Shown: positions 7,624 through 13,359 of the stretch, piece after piece | Layout of the letters: every line of letters starts with the position of its first letter | How positions within the stretch are numbered: the first letter of the stretch is position 1 | Source of the DNA: Candidatus Hadarchaeales archaeon | Lineage (GTDB): Archaea; Hadarchaeota; Hadarchaeia; Hadarchaeales; Hadarchaeaceae | Assembly (NCBI GenBank): GCA_038872135.1 | Contig: JAVZGN010000018.1 | Coordinates: 8,302-21,660, forward strand | DNA length: 13,359 bases | Direction of reading: 5' to 3' | The notes under the pieces: generated by a model | Told to the model about the DNA's origin: nothing | Database searches by the model: none | The model's input: only the letters and a program-made list of their open reading frames with translations | Made by a program: the position numbers and the translations under genes

Positions 7624-8679
7624 TTATTTGCCCATTACCATTGCCATTACTGCTTTTTGTACATGAAGCCTGTTTTCAGCCTCTTCAAAGTACAGTGAGC
7701 GCTTGTAGGTGTCAAGGACTTCATCGGTGACTTCCTGTCCCCTGTCTGCCGGGCCACAGTGCATGTAGTAAGCTTTGTTTGTGACATCGAGCAGCTCCAT
7801 CGTTGTTATCCAGTTCTTGAACTTATCTTGGTACTTTGAAGCTCCCTCCTTGTCCACGGTTTTGTTATAGGGTGGAACGAACTGCTTTGGAGACCAAGCT
7901 TTCGGGTAGACGAAGTCGGCTCCTTCAAAAGCCTCCTTCATATCGTTGCAGATTTCAAAGCTTCCACCGTACTTATCCGCATTTTCCTTTGCCGCCTTGA
8001 TTACGCTGTCTTCCAGCTCAAAGCCCTTCGGATGGGCCAGCACCACATCCATCCCCATCTGGGTTGTTATGAGGACCTCGCTCTGTGGGACGGCCAGCGG
8101 CTTCAGACCCCCAGAGTATGCATAAGAAACAACGAATTTCTTTCCCTGAAGCTTTGGCTCAACCTCTCTGGCCGCCTGTATGTCCGCGAGCGCCTGGAAT
8201 GGATGGTATAGGTCATCTTCCATGTTGAGGACTGGGATGTCCCCCCACTTCGCGAATTCCTCGATCACCCTGTGTCCCCTCCCGATTGTCCATTTTGCTG
8301 CGTCACCGTAGATTCTTATCGCGATTGCATCCCCGTACCTGCTGAGAACTCTTGCAACATCTGAGATGGCCTCGGTAGCATACGGCACCATGTCTTCTGG
8401 AAGGGTCGGTGTATAGAGGTCCTGAGGGCTGAGGAAGTGTGCATGCCCCCCAAGCTGGTAAATCCCTGCCTCAAAAGAGTTTCTCGTCCTGAGAGACCTG
8501 TTGTAGAAGATCATGAACAGGGTCCTCCCAGGCAGATAGTTGGTTGGCTCCCGGCTGTGGAATTTTTTCTTCAGGTCGTCTGCAGCGTCCAGGATTTTGA
8601 TTATCTGCTCTTGGCTGAAGTCCTGGGTGTTCAAGAAGTCCTTTCCCTTCATTGCGCCCACGTATTTTGGTACCGCCAT
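7624..8679 (-). CDS. Carbamoyltransferase, ornithine carbamoyltransferase superfamily (N-acetylornithine/YgeW-like knotted subgroup)
   Basis: KDFL..QDFS, SLRTRNSFE, HPFQALAD, YAYSGGLKPLAVPQS, DFVYPKAW, YMHCGPADRG.EV and EAENRLHVQKA. Strong RBS GAGGTGA at 8690-8684. Confidence 0.85.
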   Translation of the reverse strand: MAVPKYVGAMKGKDFLNTQDFSQEQIIKILDAADDLKKKFHSREPTNYLPGRTLFMIFYNRSLRTRNSFEAGIYQLGGHAHFLSPQDLYTPTLPEDMVPYATEAISDVARVLSRYGDAIAIRIYGDAAKWTIGRGHRVIEEFAKWGDIPVLNMEDDLYHPFQALADIQAAREVEPKLQGKKFVVSYAYSGGLKPLAVPQSEVLITTQMGMDVVLAHPKGFELEDSVIKAAKENADKYGGSFEICNDMKEAFEGADFVYPKAWSPKQFVPPYNKTVDKEGASKYQDKFKNWITTMELLDVTNKAYYMHCGPADRGQEVTDEVLDTYKRSLYFEEAENRLHVQKAVMAMVMGK

Positions 8680-8710
8680 TTTCTCACCTCTTTAAACGCT
8701 TTGCAGTCCC

Positions 8711-8772
8711 CTATTTAATTCTTCCTCTCAGAGTGCTTGCGATAGGTATTTATATAATGGATATATAATCCA
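8711..8772. promoter_or_regulatory. Divergent promoter region with candidate operator
   Basis: Minus-strand TTAAATA (8718-8712) for the carbamoyltransferase. Plus-strand TTTATATA (8749-8756) followed by palindrome TGGAT-ATATA-ATCCA (8758-8772). Confidence 0.55.
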
Positions 8773-8779
8773 ACTAACC

Positions 8780-9427
8780 ATGCTAAGAGTGTGCAGTACG
8801 AAAAACATGGAAAAAGTCCTGTCGGTTAGGATAAAAATATTTGTAATCGTTGGGCTGATACTTGCCGCGACAAGCAAATTTCTGTATATCTCTCGTTTAA
8901 CCCCATTTCCAAATTTTGAGTTGATTATTCCAACACTTGTGGTGATTGGCTCATTTTCTCTTCCTTGCGGTCCCAGTAAATCTTGGCGCCTAGTTACCAG
9001 GTATTTTGGAGCTTTTGCTCTTCTCGGCGTTTTTCTTGCTGACTTGGCTATCTGGGGCCCGCTTCCAATCTATGCTTTTACATGGTCCGGCTTTCTCGTG
9101 TGTTGGTTGATAGGAATGCGGAACAGACTTTCCCTGTTTGATCGTTTTAAAAAGTTGCTGTGGCGAACGACTCTCGCAGCGGCAATAGCAATTCTCATCT
9201 TTGATATCTGGACAGCTTTCGGAAGCTGGCTTGGATGGGGAGAGAAGTCGCTTCCTGGGCTAGTAGCGATATATCTGGCCCAGATTCCGTTTACTATCTA
9301 CCACCTCACCTCGCTCGTGTTTGTTCCTCCGCTTGTTGGATTGGGAAAGCTCATGGTAAAAATCAAAATTCCGGTTTCAGCCTCGGTAGCCGTTCACGCT
9401 AAAACTTCCCAGGAGGTGAAAAGATGA
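8780..9427 (+). CDS. Integral membrane protein, ECF S-component-like (DUF6580/CbrT-like), possible cobalamin transporter
   Basis: About 6 hydrophobic segments, PNFELI after TM1, and IFDIWT.FG.WL...GL...Y..QIPF near the C-terminus. The start could be ATG 8780 or 8807. Confidence 0.6.
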   Translation: MLRVCSTKNMEKVLSVRIKIFVIVGLILAATSKFLYISRLTPFPNFELIIPTLVVIGSFSLPCGPSKSWRLVTRYFGAFALLGVFLADLAIWGPLPIYAFTWSGFLVCWLIGMRNRLSLFDRFKKLLWRTTLAAAIAILIFDIWTAFGSWLGWGEKSLPGLVAIYLAQIPFTIYHLTSLVFVPPLVGLGKLMVKIKIPVSASVAVHAKTSQEVKR

Positions 9428-9795
9428 AAAGAGAAATTGTTGCAGAGGTCGCCGCTCTTGTCGTGGTAGTCGGTTTCGTAGCTTTCGGCGCCGGTTACAT
9501 GGTTGGCGGTGGAGGGTCAGTGATGAAAGGCCAGGTTGGCGAGAACATCACAGTTTACGTAAAGGCACCAGGGGCTGCTACATACACTGAAGTAAAACTG
9601 CGTTCAGGAATGACAGTCCTTGATGCAGTGAGCTGGGTAATTCCCATCCAAACCGAGCTCTATCAGATCGGCCCAGCAGTAAAAACAGTCGATAACAGAT
9701 GGCTGCTTTATACAGTGAATGGCTCGGCCCCTCCAGTAGGCTTTGCCGACTACCAACTGAGTGGCAACGAAAACATTGAGCTTAGCGTGTATTAG
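9424..9795 (+). CDS. Membrane-anchored beta-grasp protein, DUF4430/transcobalamin C-terminal-like
   Basis: N-terminal TM helix, G.TVLDA, and WLLYTVNG..PPVG.ADYQL...E.I pattern. RBS GGAGGTGA at 9412-9419 and ATGA overlap with the upstream stop. Confidence 0.65.
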   Translation: MKREIVAEVAALVVVVGFVAFGAGYMVGGGGSVMKGQVGENITVYVKAPGAATYTEVKLRSGMTVLDAVSWVIPIQTELYQIGPAVKTVDNRWLLYTVNGSAPPVGFADYQLSGNENIELSVY

Positions 9796-10351
9796 TCGAT
9801 CTCAGAAGTGCAGCCGCTCTGGCTCCAGCTTCGGCCGAATAGAAATCATCGCCGGTTCCAATTATGATCAGATCTCCATCGGCTGGATGAAGAGCAGAGA
9901 TTATCTCTGTGGCTGCTTCAGGGTCAATCTCGCAGACATTTCCTGGAACCATCAACTTCCCCTTCCTGAAAACGAGAACGGTAGCTCCCCTTGCTCCCAC
10001 CTTTATGGCTTCGTCCCTTTCCTCTAGACCCAGCTTCACCTTTTTTGCCCCACCTCTTACTAAAGTTGCCACGTTTGCTTTTCCAACGGTGAGACCCTTG
10101 GCCTTTACTCTCACGAAAACCTCTTTCTCTAGAACCTTTTTACCTGCTAGCGTAATTACGTGCCCACCTCTTGAGGAGGAGATTAGACCCTCCTTCTCAA
10201 GGCGATTAAGAATAGTCCTTATACTCCCTTCTCCTATCTTGAGCTCTTTTGCCAAATGCTTTCTCCCTATCCTCCCATGAGCAGCTATTGCTCGCAGCAC
10301 TATACTTGGATATACTTCGGCAAATTTTGGCAATGGGCCTCTCCTGCGCAA
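9782..10351 (-). CDS. Winged-HTH plus DUF4443-like domain protein, putative regulator
   Basis: RGPLPKF start, IGRKHLAKELKIGEGSIRTILNRL HTH, and GLEERDEAIKVGARGAT C-terminal motif. TTG 10351, just after the carbamate kinase stop, is preferred over the overlapping ATG 10468. Confidence 0.75.
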   Translation of the reverse strand: MRRRGPLPKFAEVYPSIVLRAIAAHGRIGRKHLAKELKIGEGSIRTILNRLEKEGLISSSRGGHVITLAGKKVLEKEVFVRVKAKGLTVGKANVATLVRGGAKKVKLGLEERDEAIKVGARGATVLVFRKGKLMVPGNVCEIDPEAATEIISALHPADGDLIIIGTGDDFYSAEAGARAAALLRSTNTR

Positions 10352-10359
10352 TGGAATCC

Positions 10360-11325
10360 CTAATCTGGAACGATGTGAGTGCCCGTTTTGCCATCCAGTG
10401 CTTCCGTTACTTTGTCCAGAGCAGAGATTATCGCCCTCTTGCCGCCCCATTTCAAGAACCGAATACATGCCTTTACCTTTGGCCCCATGCTTCCAGCTAA
10501 AAAGTGTCCTTCTGCGAGATATTTTTCAGCCTCTGAAACAGTCATGCGGTCGATTTCTTTTTCATTAGGTTTCCCAAAGTTCAGCTTCACTTTTTCAACA
10601 TCCGTGAGGATCAGGAAGGTGTCGGCTCCAACAACCTCTGCCAACTTCTCTCCCGCCAGATCCTTGTCTATAACCGCTTCAACGCCTCTCCTGTGCCCGT
10701 CGGGATCTAGAACAACTGGTATTCCCCCACCACCTGAAGCGATCACTATAACACCGCTGTCAACAAGCCTTCTGATGGCCTCCGCCTCAACATTGGCTTT
10801 TGGGTCTGGCGATGGAACCACTCGTCTCCAAACCCTCCCCTCTCCCGGTTTCACTTTTTTGAATATATACTCTGGATGCTCTTGTTTGATTTTTTTAACT
10901 TCTTCTTCGGTGAGGAAGTTCCCAACGGGTTTTGATGCATTTTCTCCGACAAACTCTGGGTCATCTCTGCTCACTTCCACCCGGTTCACAACAGCGATCA
11001 CCGGGATATTTAGGCCGAGATCTCTGAGCTGGTTGTCGAGCATCTGTTGCAGCATGTAGCCGATCTGCCCTTGGGTCATCGCTCCGAGGACATCCAGGTC
11101 CTGCGGGGGGATGACATCTCTGGCAATATCGTTTTGGACGGCAAGATTTCCAACTTGGGGTCCGTTGCCGTGGGTGATTATTAGCCTATCCTCAGGTCCC
11201 ATGCGCTTCACGACCTTTGCGAGCAGTGTTGCTGTCTTTTTGCAGTTTAGGAATTGCTCCAGCGTTGTGCCCTTTTCATGCGCCTGCTTGATTGCATTTC
11301 CGCCAAGAGCCACCAGTAGCCTCAT
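10360..11325 (-). CDS. arcC: Carbamate kinase
   Basis: VALGGNA, ITHGNGPQVG, SKPVG, WRRVVPSP, GGGGIPV, EAVIDKD, LTDV and GSMGPKV. Confidence 0.95.
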   Translation of the reverse strand: MRLLVALGGNAIKQAHEKGTTLEQFLNCKKTATLLAKVVKRMGPEDRLIITHGNGPQVGNLAVQNDIARDVIPPQDLDVLGAMTQGQIGYMLQQMLDNQLRDLGLNIPVIAVVNRVEVSRDDPEFVGENASKPVGNFLTEEEVKKIKQEHPEYIFKKVKPGEGRVWRRVVPSPDPKANVEAEAIRRLVDSGVIVIASGGGGIPVVLDPDGHRRGVEAVIDKDLAGEKLAEVVGADTFLILTDVEKVKLNFGKPNEKEIDRMTVSEAEKYLAEGHFLAGSMGPKVKACIRFLKWGGKRAIISALDKVTEALDGKTGTHIVPD

Positions 11326-11435
11326 CCAACCGTATTTTTCCTAAAATTTCATAAATAAAAACATTAACGTTCGAGGAAAATCGCCATCTCGACACATCTG
11401 CCCTTACACGTCAACCTAAGTCATTTAGGATAGCT

Positions 11436-11984
11436 CTATCTAGCTTTTGCCATTGCACTTTTGAGCAATTCTACCAGCTTTCTGAGCAGGGTTTCTCGTT
11501 CAGCCCCCACGACTTGAAACAACACCACATCCTTTCTCGCCTTAACGTTTCCTATGAAGCCGGAGGTTGTCCATTGGTGAATGGCGGCCAGTAGGGGCTT
11601 CTCAGAATCTAGCGCGCGCTCAACTGCCTGCACAAACTTTTCGCTGTATCCCTCCATCGGGGCAATCTCGTCTATGACTAGAAAATCTGCGGCTTGCAGA
11701 GCCTTTTCTATCGCTACCACCCCTATTGATTCTAGATCTTGAATGTTAACTCTGTATTTGCTGACAGTTGGGCCAAAGGGCTGTTTTACGTGCGCCAATA
11801 TCCCCTCTTTTCCGTCCATGACATCGATGATTTTGAATCCGACCCTCTCTCCGGCGACCCTTATCTCTGGGCAATACACGCCTCCAGCTTTAAATCCATC
11901 ACTCTCCAAAATCTTCACTGTCCTGTGGATGATAGAGCTTTTGCCGCAGCCTGGTGGGCCGGTTATCAGAAAGTTGTTTGGCAT
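11436..11984 (-). CDS. Nucleoside-triphosphatase, THEP1/NTPase_1 family
   Basis: ITGPPGCGKSS Walker A, EIR..GERVGFKI, VSKYRVN, VIDEIAPME Walker B, and AAIH. Confidence 0.9.
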   Translation of the reverse strand: MPNNFLITGPPGCGKSSIIHRTVKILESDGFKAGGVYCPEIRVAGERVGFKIIDVMDGKEGILAHVKQPFGPTVSKYRVNIQDLESIGVVAIEKALQAADFLVIDEIAPMEGYSEKFVQAVERALDSEKPLLAAIHQWTTSGFIGNVKARKDVVLFQVVGAERETLLRKLVELLKSAMAKAR

Positions 11985-11999
11985 TTAAGCGCTCGGAAC

Positions 12000-13076
12000 T
12001 CAAACAGTTGGAATGAGGATCACATCCATGGTGCCGCTCTGATAGAACTCGTATTTGTATATCTCTTCTCCGATTGTGTCAGAAACTTTTATGACATAGA
12101 TAACATTGATATCGTAGTTTCCGACATTTGCATCAAGTGCGCTGCTCATCAGTTTCTGGCCATAATCTTTGAGCGAAATGGCACTAGCTGAAGCACTTCC
12201 GCCAGCTGTGGCCTTCAGGGTTTCCCATACATCAAGCGAATAAGATGTCAGACCATCTGGAGATGTCCAAGAAATGGTTCCAATATCGGTAGCCGAGTAA
12301 ATCACATACTCAACCGTGGCGTTCAAAAACATCAGACGCATGTTGTCGGTAGTTCTATCATATCCATAGACTTTTACGACAGAGCCCTCTTTTAGAGTGG
12401 GCGCTCTTCTGAAGGTGTCGATGACCGGAACCATCACAGTTGCTTTTTCAAACTTTAGCTTTCTGAGAACTGTCCAATCGCTGGAATTCACAAATGAAAT
12501 GGCATTTTCTTTACTCAAAAATTCACCATAGGGGGGACTATTAACCGTCATGCTTACATTTTCCCCGCTTATTTGGTTTATTATTCCACTCATTAACGTG
12601 CGCCAGACGCTTGTGGCCTTCGTGTCGAGCTCAGCCCGATAACTCTCAAGCTCAGGCAATGTTTGTTTTGAGTTTATGTCACTTTCCAGCGTACTCTGTA
12701 ACTGCGCAAGTTCTGTGTTTGCGGTGGCATTGTAGAATGTGCCGTTTGCAGCTGTGGCCGCTAGTGCCAGCAGCTCCTTCCTCTTCTGTTCGCGAGTGAT
12801 TGCCGCACTCACTTGAGATAGAATTGAATCAACTTCTGCTTTTGATCCAGCTGCCCTTATGCTCGCAGAATATGTTGAAGCATCTGAAATAGCTTTGGAA
12901 GTTCCGATTGAGCTGAGCTGGTTTACTGTAGATAATGCAGATAGCTTGGCTGATTCTAGGGCTTCCGCCGCAGGCTTCAGCACAATGAAGTAAATAGCAC
13001 CGAATACAACAGCACCGATTATGAGAAAGATTACTGCGGCGCCAATAATCGCTCTAGTATCCACTTTCTTCGCCAC
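12000..13076 (-). CDS. DUF515-like bitopic membrane protein (family associated with archaeal type IV pilus loci)
   Basis: RAIIGAAV... single TM, then ALESAK helical region and C-terminal VP.......LKEGSVVKVY. Start is probably GTG/TTG at 13076-13085 (GGTGA upstream, TTTTAAATA at 13117-13109), not 13250. Confidence 0.6.
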   Translation of the reverse strand: MAKKVDTRAIIGAAVIFLIIGAVVFGAIYFIVLKPAAEALESAKLSALSTVNQLSSIGTSKAISDASTYSASIRAAGSKAEVDSILSQVSAAITREQKRKELLALAATAANGTFYNATANTELAQLQSTLESDINSKQTLPELESYRAELDTKATSVWRTLMSGIINQISGENVSMTVNSPPYGEFLSKENAISFVNSSDWTVLRKLKFEKATVMVPVIDTFRRAPTLKEGSVVKVYGYDRTTDNMRLMFLNATVEYVIYSATDIGTISWTSPDGLTSYSLDVWETLKATAGGSASASAISLKDYGQKLMSSALDANVGNYDINVIYVIKVSDTIGEEIYKYEFYQSGTMDVILIPTV

Positions 13077-13115
13077 TTTCACCAACCAATAAAATGGGGC
13101 TGTGGTAGTATTTAA

Positions 13116-13270
13116 AATGTGGGCTTGGGCGAAGATGTTGCAGCCCAACCGCCAGAGATGCGACCGGATTGTCCGTAAGGTCGGTGAATGTGAAGTTTCC
13201 AAGTTACACTCAGTATCTTCGACAGAAAACAGCTTCCTGCTGTGTTGCATAACTTCCCAATGTGGGCTTG
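13116..13270. repeat. 12-bp direct repeat AATGTGGGCTTG (13116-13127 and 13259-13270)
   Basis: Exact duplicate 143 bp apart, in a region with no convincing CDS. Confidence 0.55.
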
Positions 13271-13359
13271 ATTTTTCTCTTCCGTCACCTCCCTCATGCT
13301 CCAGTCACCCATGGTGGCTGGGTGGTCTTGTCATACCTTATAACCGAGTTGTAGAAGAG

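Noticed and set aside
8680-8806. Cobalamin riboswitch upstream of the putative B12 transporter
   Set aside because: The spacer is too short and AT-rich, with no B12-box motifs.
10352-10468. N-terminal extension of the HTH ORF to ATG 10468
   Set aside because: It overlaps the conserved carbamate kinase C-terminus by more than 100 bp; the family-like sequence begins at RRGP.
10379-11059. Long antisense ORFs (10379..11059, also 4379..4936, 4870..5361, 486..959, 1732..2133, 11739..12191)
   Set aside because: They are shadows of well-supported genes on the opposite strand and show no motifs.
13086-13312. Extension of the DUF515-like ORF to 13250, and ORF 13112..13312
   Set aside because: The composition is not protein-like, and a TATA box and RBS sit near 13076-13117.
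13117-13359. Plus-strand open frame running off the window, and minus-strand fragment LFYNSVIRYDKTTQPPWVTGA* (13359-13294)
   Set aside because: No recognisable motif; which one, if either, is real cannot be decided without flanking sequence.
1-13359. tRNA, rRNA, CRISPR array, transposase or integrase
   Set aside because: None seen: no cloverleaf or T-loop context in the intergenic gaps, no regularly spaced repeats and no recombinase motifs.

Overview
Archaeal chromosomal window. The lineage is not determinable here; the gene set (eL15, GPN GTPase, THEP1 NTPase, DUF515-like protein) points to a Euryarchaeota-related or Hadarchaeota-like organism, which is inference only. In order: a partial D-2-hydroxyacid/3-phosphoglycerate dehydrogenase, rpl15e and truA on the + strand; an acr3-arsR arsenite module; a tightly coupled minus-strand run of amino-methyltransferase, GPN-loop GTPase, ADP-ribosylglycohydrolase with a degenerate HNH/Zn tail, and Tpt1/KptA; a type A RNase P RNA gene (7277-7574) that the ORF track misses and that is transcribed divergently from that run; an atypical AOTCase/YgeW-like carbamoyltransferase; an S-component-like membrane protein plus a DUF4430-like protein (possible B12 uptake); an HTH-DUF4443-like protein; carbamate kinase; an NTPase; and a DUF515-like membrane protein. 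The strongest candidate for an undescribed system is the Tpt1 + ARH-HNH-like pair, a possible writer/eraser for nucleic-acid ADP-ribosylation. All family assignments come from motif recognition, not database searches.
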